NCBI RefSeq assembly: GCF_009914755.1
Contig: NC_060932.1
Source of the DNA: the human T2T-CHM13v2.0 reference genome, Homo sapiens
Strand: one strand, 5' to 3'
DNA: 64,000 bases
Shown: piece after piece, positions 18,281 through 41,869 of the stretch
Layout: each line of letters opens with the position of its first letter
Position numbering within the stretch: position 1 is the stretch's first letter
Made by a program: the position numbers and the translations under genes
The notes under the pieces: generated by a model
Databases searched by the model: none
What the model saw: only the letters and a program-made list of their open reading frames with translations
Told to the model about the DNA's origin: nothing

Positions 18281-18677
18281 TTACTCTCAGAAACTATAAT
18301 CGGTGACCCAAAACTGATTGGATTTGGGACTTTGGACTCAACAGAGCTCATAGAGACAGCTTAATAAAAAGCATAGTGAGGCCGGGTGGAGTGGCTCATG
18401 CCTATAGTACCAGCACTTTGGGAGGCCGAGGCAGGAGGACTGCTTGAGCCCTGGAATTCAAGACCTGCCTGGGCAACAGCAAGATCTCATCTCTACAAAA
18501 ATATTTTTTAAAGTTATTAGTGAAGAGTGGTGTGCGCCTGTAGTCCCAGCAACCCGGGAGGCTGGGGTGGGAGGATCACTTGAGCCAGGGTGGTCCAGGC
18601 TGCAGTGAGCCATGGTCGTGCCACTGCAGCCTGGGTGACAGAGTGAGACTGTGTCTCAAAAACTGTTTAAAAAATGA

Positions 18678-18960
<283 letters not shown>

Positions 18961-19058
18961 TGAACTCCAGACCTCAGGTCATCTACCAGCCTCGGCCTCC
19001 CAAAGTGCTGGGATTACAGGCATGAGCCACCGTGCCAGGCCAAAAATGTGAGCTTTCA

Positions 19059-19346
<288 letters not shown>

Positions 19347-19369
19347 TCATCTCAAAAAAAAAAAAAAAA

Positions 19370-22660
<3,291 letters not shown>

Positions 22661-22864
22661 TATTTTTAATTTTTTGTTTGAATTTAATTCCTCTAATTTT
22701 TCATCAGTGTTAAAATTTCACCTTTTCCCAGCACCCCCAAAAAGCCTGTGGGCACAAAATGGTGGCCACGTGGCAAAGAACTCAGCAAGGAGAGCTGCTG
22801 GTTGGTTTCTATCTTTGTTTGTTTGAGACGGAGCTTTGCTCTTTTGCCCAGGCTAGAGTGAAGT

Positions 22865-23020
22865 TGTTGGGGAAACCAGCCCCACACCACCCGGCGGGTA
22901 CCCCGAGTCCAGCGAAGACAAAGGAATTAGAATAAGAGTTTAAAAGGCGGGTCCGGGGGACCGGAGCGTTGGAGGCTTGCTCACGGCCCCGAGCTCTCGG
23001 CCTCCACCCAATTTATTGGT
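22865..23020 (-). mobile_element. Truncated ERVK-type LTR 3' end (LTR14-like)
   Basis: TGTTGGGGAAACCAGCCCCACACCACC...GGGTACCCCGAGTCC is the reverse complement of a recalled LTR14B terminus; minus-strand AATAAA at ~23012-23017. Confidence 0.7.
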
Positions 23021-23859
23021 GTATATTCACACTGTTGTGCAACCATCACCCCCATCCATCTCCAGGACTTTACCATCTTCTCACACTGAAACTGTGCACC
23101 CGTTAGTATTTTTCATGGCTATGTGGATGTAATATAATTTCTTTCAGAAACCCCTATTGTTATACATTCAGGTTTCTTTTTTTCTCTATTATAAATATCT
23201 TTTATCAGCAATGCTTCAGCAAGATCTCTTGTGCATACATCTTGCAGACATATTATTTCTTTTTCTTTTTTTTTTTTTTTTTTTTTGAGACGGAGTCTCG
23301 CTCTGTCACCCAGGCTGGAGTACAGTGGCGCGATCTCGGCTCACTGCAAGCTCCGCCTCCCGGGTTCACGCCATTCTCACGCCCGCCACCATGCCCGGCT
23401 AATTTTTTGTATTTTTAGTAGAGACGGGGTTTCACCGTGTTATCCAGGATGGTCTCGGTCTCCTGACCTCGTGATCCGCCCACCTCGGCCTCCCAAAGTC
23501 CTGGGATTACAGGCATGAGCCACGGCGCCCGGCCACAGACGTTATTTCTGAAGGATAAATTCCTAGAAATGGATTTGCTAGGGCACGTAGGAGGAATTCC
23601 AATTTACACTCACTTGTATGTGTGAGGAAACTTTCAGACTCTACTGTAACGACAGGAGGTATTACCGCTGTTTGTCCATGTGATAGGCAAACGTTTCTGT
23701 TAATTTTAATACTGTTTGGATAGCTAGTACCGGCTCAGTTTTTTTAACCCACACCATGTTACTGTCTTGATTCTGGACTTTCGCAGTGTGTCAGTGTAGA
23801 AGCAGCTAACGCTTCCGATGTACACAACCTAGACGTTCCATGACCCAGCTGACTTCGAT

Positions 23860-24980
23860 GCTGCAAGCCTCCCTTTCGGTTTCCCGGAGCAAGCGCCCGA
23901 GTGCGTGTTGGGCTCCCGGCAGGGCTCCTGGCCGGCCCTCGACGGACTTCCCCGCCTTTGCCCAGTCCTGCCCCTCCGCGGAGGCTTGCCAAGGTCTTGT
24001 CTGCTGCGCTTGATGTGTGCAGCTCAGCTTTACTGCGTCTAGGCTAAGCCCCACAGTTTCTTTTACAGAGCGATTGTCCAACTTCAGGCATCTGGGTCCC
24101 CGAGTGGCGGGTCTGGGCCGGAGCTGGGAATCAGCCTTTCCAGCAAGGTCCCTGCAGATGCCGCGGGTCTGAGGACTACGCTTTGGAAGGCCTCGCAGTG
24201 CGTCTAGATCTGACAGCTGCTCTGCATGAGCCTGGCTCCAGGCTGAAGCAATAGTCGGTCAACACAAAATCGTTCTCCCAAGTTAGGGAAGCAGAAGCCA
24301 GACAGGGAGACTGGGTAGGTGCGCGCTGGTACCGCCGCGGCGTTCGCTCCGGCTTCAGTGCACGGCCGGAGGAGGACGCCAGGGGGCAGCAGCGCCACGC
24401 TCACCCGCCCAGGACGCGCTTCCGAACGCGCAAGCGCAGTAGGCCCAGTGCGTGCTGGCCCGGGGTGGCAGGAGCCGCAGAGGCTTGGGCTGCAGGTAGG
24501 TGCTGCGGCGAGGGGTGAGAGGGCGAAGGGGCGAGGGGGCGTGCAGCTGGGTTTCCCGGGGGACCCTGTACGTGGCCTGGGCCGCACCCCCCGCAGCCCC
24601 GGCCGCCTGCCCGCGGCCTGTCCGGAGGCTCCCTAGGAGGCTGCGCTGGGCCTGAGCGGCCGTGTCCACCGCGCCCAGCCCCTATCTCCGCGTCCACCCC
24701 TGCGCGGTAGCGGGACGTTAAAGAACCAGAGAAGGGCCCGGCGAGGTGGCTCCAGCCTGTAATCCCAGCGCTTTGGGAGGCCGAGGCGGGAGGATCGCGT
24801 GAGCTCAGGCGAGAGCAGCCTGGGCAACATGGCGGAACTTCTGTCTCCGTAAAAAAGCACTTAGCCGGGCGCGGTGGCGCCGCCTATAGTCTTATCTACT
24901 CCGGAGGCTGAGGCGGGAGAATGCTTGAACCCGGCGGGGGCGGAGGTTTCAGTGAGCCGAAATCGCGCCACTGCACTTCA
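23860..24980 (+). promoter_or_regulatory. POMK: CpG island / POMK promoter with NRF1-like site CGCGCAAGCGCA (24427-24438)
   Basis: Dense CpG and high GC versus CpG-depleted flanks; one mismatch to YGCGCAYGCGCR; followed by a strong donor CAG|GTAGGT. Confidence 0.88.
24446..24495 (+). other. POMK: POMK non-coding exon 1 (start approximate)
   Basis: Donor CAG|GTAGGT after 24495 in the CpG island; TSS cannot be fixed from sequence. Confidence 0.7.
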
Positions 24981-27900
24981 GCCTGGGGGCCAGAGTGAGA
25001 GGCTGTTTCTATTATTATTACTTTATCATTATTATTATTATTTGAGACGGAGTCTCGCTCTGTCGCCCAGGCTGGAGTGTAGTGGCGCGGTCTTGGCTCC
25101 TGGGATTACAGGCGTCCGCCACCATGCCCGGCTAATTTTTGTATTTTTAGTAGAAACGGGGTTTCCCCATGTTGGTCAGGCTGGTCTCGAACGCCTGACC
25201 TCAGGTGATCCGCCCGCCTCTGCCTCCCAAAGTGCTGGGATTACAGGCGTGAGCTACTGGGTCCGGCAGAGGCTGTCTCTGTTTAAAAAAACAAAAACCA
25301 AACCAAACCAAAACAAAACAAAAAACAAAAAAACCAGAAAGGACCGAGGACTCTGTCTCAGCTCTTTGCCTTTGGGTGTTTATTCTGCACGAGATCATTG
25401 TTGCCAGGAGGTGTTAAGTGTAATCATATTCTCTTTTTTTTAGAAAGCAAAATTTCGCTGTTTTGTTGCATAATCTTGTCTTTGCCACCCTTTGCCTTTG
25501 CTATAGAACCTTAAGGCTAAATAAGCGTTCAGAATATTTAAAATAATCCTCTTAATGTACCTTGTGCTTTATTGGCGCAATGGAATTCTACTCTAAACTG
25601 TATTGGATGACATTACTCTGTGTCTTCCCTAGTTGTAGAAAATATCTTGTAAGTCGGTAAAAACTAGTTTTGTCCCTTTGCTTTTCTTTTCTTTTTAAGC
25701 TGTAAATGTGGAGCAGTGGGTCCCAAGCCTTTCTCTATCAATAAGCCTTCCTATCAGTGTCAGAAATGCTTTGCATTTCAGTCGTGCCTGAATTTCTTCT
25801 GCCCAACCTGCCCCACCATCTTTATTCCTTAATGTGCAGGCTGTTTTCAGGACCAGTAAATTTCAGTGGTTTTTGCTTACTTCTGGACACGAAAGTTCCT
25901 TTAGCCACACAGCCTCATGCTATGCTCTGGGCGGCCTACTCCAGAATATGCCTGTGAAACAAAAAAGCAAATCGGGGTTGAGGTGGGCTGAAGTCTTCTT
26001 TAAGAAACCGGCAGTCCCAGGGTACCCCAGCCCAGCCCCTAGCTGACCACGCTGGGTTTGATTTAGTTCAACTCCCGAGCATTGCGGTATTTAGGGGAAG
26101 AATGGGCTTGAGGCCAGAAAACTTGGCTCTTCTGTGTATAGTTCAGTGACCTTAGATATATTACTTCACCTCTGACTCAGTTGTCTTATCTGTGAAATGG
26201 GAATAACAACAATTACATCCACTTCACAGAATTGGTGTGAAGTTGACAGTGTATAAAAGTCAAATGAATTTTGGGGTATTTTTTTTATTTGTTTTGTTTT
26301 GGTTTGGTTTGGTTTGTTTTTGCCGAGAGAGGATTCAGAAGTGAATGTGAGGACTTAGGGATATATAAAAGGTTTTTGGGGCATATGAAATTTGGATTCA
26401 GCAAGAAATGCATTAAAGGTTTTCTGAGTAATGCTGAGGGTCCAAGAGAGATTAGAAAATATGCATTTCTAGAGTCCCACAGAGTTTTGTAGCTGATGTT
26501 GGCAGCCTTTGAGTGGAAATGAAGAAGTGGACAGGGCAAGTTACATGGGTCTGGTGAATGACAAGCAGATCTGGGTTTATGATGAAGCCTCTAGCCTCTT
26601 CACTTGCACAAATACCTTCCAAAACCTTGCACAAATCCTCTTGCCAAAACTCTGGCAAGAGGCTCAGCACTTTTACATTCATAACTATTCTTCTCTTAAG
26701 GAATTACCACTCCTTGCCCCAACTTGTATAAGCTTCAGGCCCCATAAAACCTGAATCCACTAGTGGCAAGGAAGGATTGGTGGGAGGTTAGGGGTAAGGA
26801 GGGTTGGAGGGTTGAAAGGATTTATCGCAGGGTTTGAGCTGGGAAACTTGGATTGGAGAAGGAGGTGGCAGATGAGGGTCCTCAGAAGACAGGAGCCGTG
26901 AGGAGAGGAAGAGCGGATTCCGTGGAGCGAACACAGGAGAGGGAAAGCAGCCTGTGCGGCTGAGGCCATGAAGAGGGAGAGGTGCAGAGTGACCAGGCAG
27001 TTGGTGCGTCTTTGCCGAGTACCCGCTGTGTGCCAGGCACTGGGGTGCAGTGGTGAACAGGACAGGCAGGCAGGCCTCTTGGTGCTCAGAATCTAGAGGA
27101 AGCCGGGGCCTGGGTATCCCAGAAAGGGAGCCTTTGAGGAAAGCTCAGGGGCCAGAGAGTGTGGTGCAGGGAGGGTTTAGGGAAGCAGATAGGGGCTAGA
27201 TTTCAGGAGGCCACATAAGAGTTTGGACTTGATCCTGTGGGCCGAGTGGGGGGCTGTTGAATGTTAAGCAAGGTGGGATCAGATCCGTGCTTTAGAAAGC
27301 TCTCCCTGCATGGGCCGGACATGGTGGCTCATGCCTGTAATCCCAGCACTTTGGGAAGCCAAGGTGGGCGGATCACGAGGTCAGGAGATTGAGACCATCT
27401 GGCCAACATAGTGAAACTCCGTCTCTATTAAAATACTAAAATTAGCTGGGCATGGTGGCACGTGCCTGTAATCCCAGCTCTGTAATCCCAGCTACTCAGG
27501 AGGCTGAGGCAGGAGAATCCCTTTAACAAGGGAGTCAGAGGTTGCAGTGAGCTGAGATTGTGCTATAGCACTCCAGCCTGGTGACAGAGTGAGACTCCTT
27601 CTCAAAAAAAGAAAAAAGAAAAAAAAGAAAGCTCTCCCTGCATGTATCAGAGAAACTTCCATGTATGCCTGGGGAGATGTATACACAGCTTGTCTCACTA
27701 ATTGTGGAAAAGTCAAACCAGTTGAAAATAGTGAACTGAGTTTTGTGCATCTGCATGGATAAATCTCAGAAATGTAATGTTGAGCTTTTAAAAAAAACTG
27801 GTTGCAGGAGGATAATACCAGCCCATCACTGTTTGTATAAAGCTTGAAAACATATGTATGATTTATGGGCACATACTTGTGAAAATAAGCATGTATGAGA

Positions 27901-28085
27901 AGCGGAGTTTGGTAACCCATCCCTGTAGTCAGTCCCAGCTGCTTGGGAGGTGGAGGCAGGAGGATCACTTGAGTCTAGCCTGGGCAACATAGTGAGACTC
28001 CATGTCTTAAGTAGATAGATAAGTAGGTAGGTAAATAGATAAGATCGATTAGATAGATAGACAGCATGTATAGGAATTATATACA

Positions 28086-28257
28086 CCAGTGGTTTTCAGA
28101 CTTTAGCATGCATCCAAATCACCTAGAGGATTTATTAAAACACAGATGTTCATTTCTGATTCAGTAGGTTTGGAGTGTGGACCCAAGAATTTGCATTTCT
28201 CCCAGGTTCCTGGGCTATGACGCCACAGGTCTGGGGAGCACAGTTTGAGAATCTCTG
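28086..28257 (+). mobile_element. MER5A DNA transposon
   Basis: CAGTGGTTTTCA...TCTGATTCAGTAGGT...GAATTTGCATTTCT...TTTGAGAATCTCTG. Confidence 0.75.
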
Positions 28258-28455
28258 ATGTCCACCAACTTGAAGATAGTGATCACTTCTTGAGGGGGAG
28301 TAGAATTGGATGGGGAGGAGTCCAGAGGGTCTTCAACTCTATTTGTAATATTTAATTTCTTTAAAAAAAGATCTGAAAAAATGATGCAGTGTGACTTGAC
28401 AAAGCTGGATGAATGCTTATGATTTTTTTTTTCTCTGTGTGTGAAACACTTAAAG

Positions 28456-28547
28456 AAAAAGGATCCTGTTTGCTGTGTAATCCTGAGAATGGACTGCAAG
28501 AGAGGAAAAACTGGGCGTCTGCTTGGGAATCTATTGTGGAAACCCAG
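28456..28547 (+). other. POMK: POMK non-coding leader exon 2 (92 bp)
   Basis: Pyrimidine tract ...taaag| acceptor, CAG|GTGAGA donor; agrees with recalled POMK exon structure. Confidence 0.65.
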
Positions 28548-29049
28548 GTGAGAGGTGCTGCTGGCTCACGCAGCGGGGTGGAGGGGAAGGGCAGCAAGGA
28601 AGGAGATATGCAAGCAGTTGTGAGGGAGGTTTTGGTGGGAGCATTGACTGCATGTGGTAATCGGTTGGTTTAGAGTTTAGGGGAGGGAGGAATCAAGTCA
28701 CACACACCTGGTCTGTAACTTGAGTGGGTGGTTGGGTCATGAGCCCATGACAGAGGGAACCCTGGAGGAGGGGCCTGTGGGGACTGGGGAGTTCTGCAGT
28801 GGACATCCCATACCTTGATAGGCCAGTGAGCAAAGCATAGGAGAGACCTGGGCTGCAGTGCAGACTTAGAAAGCAGCAGAGTTCAGATGGCTGCTAGTGT
28901 CCCAGGTGTGGGTGAGGTTACCTGGGTCTTTGGCAGACCTGGAGGAATGCCATCACCTAAGGCAGGGCTTGGCCAACCACAGCTTCTGCTTGTTTTTGCG
29001 TAGCCTGAGAGCTGGGAATGCTTTTATCTTTTTAAATGTTAGGGGGAGA

Positions 29050-29885
29050 CTTCAAGGAAGATATAATTCACAAACCATAACATTTGACATTTTAAAGTGT
29101 ACAATTCAGTGATATTTAGCATATTTACAAGGTTGTACAATCATCATCACTGTCTAATTCAGGAACATTTTAGCCAAAAAGAGACCCCATCCCTGTCAGC
29201 AGCTATTCCACCCCCTGCCTCCCCAGCCTCTGGGAGCCACAAATCTATGTTCTGTGTCTGAATTTGCTGTTTCTGGACATTTCATGTAAATGGAATCTTA
29301 CAGCATGTGGCCTTTTTGTCAGGCTTATTTCACTGAGCATGATGTTTCCAGGGTTCACCCATGTTGCAGCATGAATTAGTGCTTTATTTTTTATGGCTGA
29401 ATAATATTCCATTTATGGATGTACCACATTTTGTCTATCCATTCATCTGCCAATGGACACTTGGCTTGTTTCCACTGTTTGGCAGTTGTGGATAATGCTT
29501 CCGTGAACATTCATGTATGAGTGTGTGTGTGAGTGTGTGTGTTTTCATAGGTACATACTGGGCAGTGGAGTTGCTGGGTCGTGTGGTGACTGTGCTTAAC
29601 CTTTTGAGGAGCGGCCAGACTGCTTTCCACAGTGGCTGCATTTTACTTTCTCACCAGTGATGTTTGAGGATTTCAGTTTTTCCACATTCCCCTATGTTGT
29701 TACTGATTTTTGTATTATAGCCATCCTCATGGGTGTAAAATGCCATCTTGTCACACTTCTGATCTGCGTTTGCCTTGATGACTGGTGAAGCTGAGCATCT
29801 TTCATGTATGTGCCTGTTGGCCATCTGTGTATCTACTTTGGAGAAATGTCTGTTCAAGTCCTTTGCCCATTTTAAAAATTTTATT
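29050..29885 (-). mobile_element. L1MB-type 3' end
   Basis: TTTAAAGTGTACAATTCAGTG, GGACATTTCATGTAAATGGAATC, TTGGAGAAATGTCTGTTCAAGTCCTTTGCCCATTTT. Confidence 0.8.
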
Positions 29886-30045
29886 TGTTTATTTTTTTGA
29901 GACAGGGTCTCACTGTCACCCAGGCTGGAGTGTTGTGGCACGATCACAGCTCACTGCAGCCTTGGTCTCCTGGACTCAAATGATCCTCCCACCTCAGCCT
30001 CCTGAGTAGCTGGGCCTATAGGCACAGGCCAACATGCCTGGCTAA

Positions 30046-30201
<156 letters not shown>

Positions 30202-33200
30202 TGAGTTGTTTTTTTTGAATCTTTTGAGTTGTTCACCAGACATCCACATGGAGATGTCAAGGAAGCAAGCCTTGGGTTCTGAGGAGAGGCTGGGAATGGA
30301 GTTTTACCTTTGGAAGTTGTCAGCAGGCAGCGATGAAAAGTCCTGAGTCTGGGTGAGCTCTCCCAGGGAGTGTGGCAGAGGCCTGAGCTCTGAACTCTGG
30401 GGGACCCCACTACGTGGACTCAGAGATGAGGAGCTGCCAGAATGTAGTTTCCTGGAAACCAATTATATAAGGCGTTTAAGGAGGGAGTTATCAATCACGG
30501 TAGATGCTATTGATAGATCAAGGAAGACTGGGGCTGTGCTTTGACTGTTGTGTTTAGTGATGTGGAGGCCACCTGTGCTGACTGTGATAAGGTCAGTTTG
30601 GGTGCAGTGGCAGTGAGTTGGAGAGAATGAGAGGACAGAGCTGGGCGTGGGGTTTGCCTGAGCTGGGCTCGGGGCCAGTTTCATGGTAACACACTGTTTG
30701 TAGTAATAGGAGAGTGCAGGAACCTGGGGTGGGGCTTGGGAACTGGTGGAAATGCTCTCTGATTGCTTCTGTTTTTCTAGTAAAATAGGATGATCTCGTT
30801 AGATGATCAGCTGAGAGTGAAGGTGGGGGAACAGGTGGTACATGTTTGGAGAAGGAGAGTGTGAGCTTCCAGCTAGCCTAAGGCCACTCGGGACACACCT
30901 ATCACTTTTATTGACTCACTGCAATAAGCGAGGCTGCATACTGGCGGGACTTGCATATCTTCATCAGAGGGACAGAGAGTCATCTGAGAGGGCACAGGGC
31001 AGGAGTCCTTCGGGGCCTCTCTGACCTGGCCCGGGGCAGGGAGCTGGGGATGGAAGTGCCATGAGTGCAAATAGGGAGCAGGGGGTCAGAGGAACAGAGG
31101 ATATGGGAATGGGTGGTGGAGCCGGGAGAGACTGGAGCTTTGCCAATGGGGGCCTGGGCTGAGCAGGGCTCAGAGCATGTGGTGATGAGCCTTATGGCAG
31201 GTGAGGCTCAAGGCCCAGTGTGTGCTTAGGGAAGTGGGCAGCAGAGCGGGTGAGGGACCCGTGGGTGTATCACAGGGGTAGGGTGTTGAGGAAGTTCCAA
31301 AGCAAGCTAATAGGGGTTATGGCTGGAGAGAGGCCCAGTGTGTGTGCTAATGGGGGATAGTGTGGTAGAGGCACCAGGGTGTGTGCTAATAGGCCTCTGA
31401 GGCCTCGTGTGTGGTGATGGGGGTGTGTATGGTGTTAGTGCTGTGTGTGTGTCTGTGGGGGCCTGCAGGGTAGGAGAGAATGGGGTGCTTATGGAGGGGA
31501 GGTGGTTGAAGGACTCAAGTGCTGGGTGTGCGCTTGTGGGGGTTGTGCCGTGGTGGGTGTGTGCATGCGCTAATAAAGGTCTGGGTAGTTGGAGCCCAGT
31601 GCATGCTAATGGAACAGAGCTGGAGGGACCTCATGGAGGGATCTGATGGAGGGAGGACGGTGGGAGACCTGAGCCTGTGCTAGCGGGGATGAGGATTGTG
31701 GATCTCTGTGAGGTAGGGGGTGGTGGTGGTGCGGGAAGGGTCTTGGTACCGTCAGAGGCCCGGTGCGCTAAGGGTCAAGTTGGTGTGAGGTGCACGTGTG
31801 TCCCTGAGCACGAGGACACTCTAGGAAGGGGCAGCCGGATGGTTTAAGGCGTTCTAGAGGCTGCTACTGTGGGTTTAGAGCCATAGAGGCACTGAAGTGT
31901 GTGCCATTGCTGGGAGAGTCAGCAGTGTGAGGTCTGGAGTACGCTCAAGAGCGCCAGAACAGTATGAGCTTGTGTGCTTGCATCTGTGGGGTACTGGAAT
32001 GTGTTGAGGTTCCAGGGAATACTGATGCAGGGGATGAGTAGAGCCGTGGAGGGGATAAAAATAAATTTAAAAGGCCAGGTGCAGTGGCTCATGCCTGTAA
32101 TCCCAGCAATTTGGGAGGCTGACGCAGGAGGATTGCTTGAGGCCAGGAGTTCAAGGCCAGCCTGAGCAACATCGTGAGACCCAGTCTCTACAAAAAAAAA
32201 TACAAAAATTAGCTGGATGTGGTGATGCGCACCTGTAGTCCCAGCTACTAAGGAGGCAGAGGTGACAGGATTGCTTGAGTTTGAGGCTGCATTGAGCTAT
32301 GATTGCACCACTGCACTCCAGCCCGAGTGACAGAGTCAGACCCTATGTCAAAAAAAAAAAAAAAAAAAAGGAAGAAAATCATAGAATTTTGGAGATGAGT
32401 AAAGTTTAGGCAAATTTAAATGAAGTAGTGTTTTGATGGGCTCAAAGCCATGTAGAACTGAGTGTAAAGGGGCCAAGATCTAGTCTGGACTGCAAAGTGG
32501 TCCTCTTTCCTTGGAGACTACCAGGTTAACATAGATGTGCAGGATTATCTCCAGAAACTCCTTATCTGAAGGTCTGCCCTGTTTGGGAACTGAGGTTGCT
32601 TCTGTGTGTCAGAGTGACTTTGATCCTCCAGGAAAGCATGGGATGTTTTATCCCAACTGATAAGACTTCAAACTGCAAAATTTCTGGTAGTCTGTGATTG
32701 TAGAGAACAGAATTTCTAGGTAGTAAAAAAGGAGTCTTCATCCAAAGGGGGTTTTTGACACTTTATGGCTGCAGTGTGTTCTAAGGAGAAATGCCGTTTC
32801 CTGTTAACTTTGTGGTTTCATTGACGTCTTGTCCCAGCTCTGTATATGGGAGTGGATTTTGTTTTCTCAAGGAGGAGGTAGGAACAAGCTTCCTGTCCTG
32901 GATTTTTCATGGCTGGCTCCTCTCAGGCCTCTAGTCACAGTGTGAAGGTCACCTCCTTAGAGAGGTCTCCTGGGATGCTTCCTCCAGGGAGTTCCTACAC
33001 AGTTACTCTCTATCTTTGAACCCCCATCACAGGATGATGATAGACCTATTTGTTTACTTGTTTATTGTCTGTCTTCCCCACTAGACTTTTCCCCTAAGCT
33101 CCAGCAGGATAGGAACCATGCTGGTGTAATTCACTGTGTGTGAATGTCTCCAGCACCCACTGCAGGGCTGGGCACATAGAAGCTGCTCAGGACATGTTGC

Positions 33201-33436
33201 GGGAATGAGCAGCTGGAAGTCAGTGATGGAGAAGAAGAGAGCAGACTGGGACAGAGAGACTCTGATGGGCTTCCCCACGGCCCTGCTCTGTCCTGGGGCT
33301 TGAGAACCTGAGGAAACCTGGACTTGAGGCAGGAGGAGGGCCCTGGGAAAGTTGGACCGTTTGGACTATGGCGATTTGTCTGGGTACATAGCTGCAGTTT
33401 CTGTTTACACACTTCCTGTTTGGTACTTTGTGGCAG

Positions 33437-33532
33437 GGTGTTTCCCGACCAGTCCCTGGGCGCCAACTAGAGTATGGACTGACCAGGTACCTGGATGGAG
33501 ACCTGAGCTGGAGAAGGAGATGCGCTTGGGAG
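33437..33532 (+). other. POMK: POMK non-coding leader exon 3 (96 bp)
   Basis: tggcag| acceptor, GAG|GTAACC donor; agrees with recalled POMK exon structure. Confidence 0.65.
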
Positions 33533-34459
33533 GTAACCCTGCATGTCACAGCTGTCTCTGACCCAGTTCTGTCCCAGTGCCCCAGCATTCCAGTGCTGTT
33601 TAGCTGGCTCCCACTGGCATGGCCACATCCACTGTTAAAGTCTCCATATACTTCCATTCTGCTCCATTCTGCTTCTGTAAATCACCTCTGCCATCCACGG
33701 TCCTACTTCAGGCTTCTCCGCAGCCAGGCCCCTCCACCATGGCCTTGCACGGCTCCAGCGGTAGAGCCCACACATTATCAGTGGTTACTTATCGCTGGTG
33801 TGACATCTGAGTGGTCATCTCTCCAATCTCATCGCTGTTATTCTAGCTCATGTACTTGTCAGCTCCTGTCCGTGGTCATAACCAGGGCTTCTTAATAACT
33901 GGTCTCCCAGCCTCAGTCTCTTTCACCCCAAATCTACCTTTCATAACTGCTGAAGAGTAGCTTTTATTTCTTAAAACTGTTGAGGGGATTCTGAGTACCT
34001 CCCAGGGAACAGGACAGCTGCTTAGCTGAGTTCGACAGAGGCCCTCAGCTTCCCAGCCTCCACCTGCTACCCTAAGCAGCCTCCTTCTGCTGTCCTTTGT
34101 CCACCCTCTGTCCCTGTCCCACCAGTTGACTAATACATTTTGCTTTCATTTTACTGAATATTCATGAGCATCTATTTAATGCATGCTACTGTGAGTCGGA
34201 CAGAGTCAGACACAAACACCTCCCACCTAACCTAATCTAGAGGAACCCGCATTTTAGTTTGTAATAAAAAGTAATGATTATGGAAACAGCTAACATTGGG
34301 CATTTGGGATAAGCCTGGTGTTCGATACCTGCTTTAATCCCCACGGTAACGCTGCAGCTTACAGGACCCTTGAGTAGAAGAGGCATCAGAACACATTTTT
34401 GGAAATGAAAGGAAGTGAAAGCTGACTGTCATGACTTCTTGTTTCATTGTGTATTTTAG

Positions 34460-34939
<480 letters not shown>

Positions 34940-34977
34940 TGAATAGTGCTGCAGTAGGCATAGGTTTCAGCCCTTAG

Positions 34978-35226
<249 letters not shown>

Positions 35227-35974
35227 TAATTTTAGTAGAGATGGGGTTTCACCATGTTGGCCAGGCTGGTCTTGAACTCCTGACCTTAAGTGATCTACCT
35301 GCCTCGGCCTCCCAATCGGACTTTATCTTAATAAGTAATCCAAGGCAGGAAAAAAGTCAAATGCATAAAAGAGTGCCATAGTGATAGAAAACTAGAAACA
35401 AAACTTTTAGAATAGTTCATTAAATGATGGTCCATCCACTTGACGGAATATTCTGCAACTGTTGTGTAGTTAGGAACCCCAAGAGGCAACATGAATAAAA
35501 CCTTATGATGATAAGTGAAGAAAACAAGATATAAAATTGTATAATTGACTTTTCAACTGTGAAATTACGTGTATATGTAGATAAATACAAAAATGGTCAG
35601 GCGCAGTGTCTTATACATGTAATCCCAGCACTTTGGGAGGCGGAGGTGGGCGGATTACTTAAGCACAGGAGTTCCAGACCAACCTGGGCAACATGGCAAA
35701 ACCCAGTTTCTACAAAAATACAAAAATTAGCCTGGCATAATGGTGCGCACTACTTGGGAAGCTCAGGTGGGAGAATCTCTTGAGCCTGGGGAGTTTGAGG
35801 CTACAGTAAGCCATGATCTTGCCACTGCATTCCAGACTGGGTGACAGAGCAAGATGCTGTCTCCAAAGGAAAAAAAAAATATGAAAATGATAGAAATTGT
35901 GCTAGGGTGAAAGGGGGATTATGGGCAATTTCTTTTCCTGTTTTTCAAACTCTGTGATGGTATTATACTGATTT

Positions 35975-37440
<1,466 letters not shown>

Positions 37441-37729
37441 CTTTTTTTTTTTTTTTTTTTTGACTGAGTCTTGCTCTATCGCCCAGGCTGGAGTGCTGTG
37501 ACATGATCTTGGCTCACCGCAACCTCCACCTCCCAGGTTCAAGAGATTCTCGTGCCTCAGCCTCCTGAGTAGCTGGGATTACAGGCGCCCACCACCATGC
37601 CTGTATTTTTAGTAAAAATGGGGTTTCTCCATGTTGGCCAGGCTGGTCTTGAACTCTTGACCTCAGGTGATCCGCCCTCCTCGACCTCCCAAAATGCTGG
37701 GATTACAGGCATGAGCCACTGGGCCCAGC

Positions 37730-41568
<3,839 letters not shown>

Positions 41569-41641
41569 GGCTGGGCGTGGTGGCTCACGCCTATAATCCC
41601 AGCACTTTGGGAGGCCGGGGCAGAAGGATCACCTGAGGTCA

Positions 41642-41851
<210 letters not shown>

Positions 41852-41869
41852 TTAAAAAAAAAAAGTCTT

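Noticed and set aside
23759-24697. Overlapping GC-rich ORFs at the POMK promoter as a divergent gene
   Set aside because: Stop-poor CpG-island composition; no homology or splice support visible
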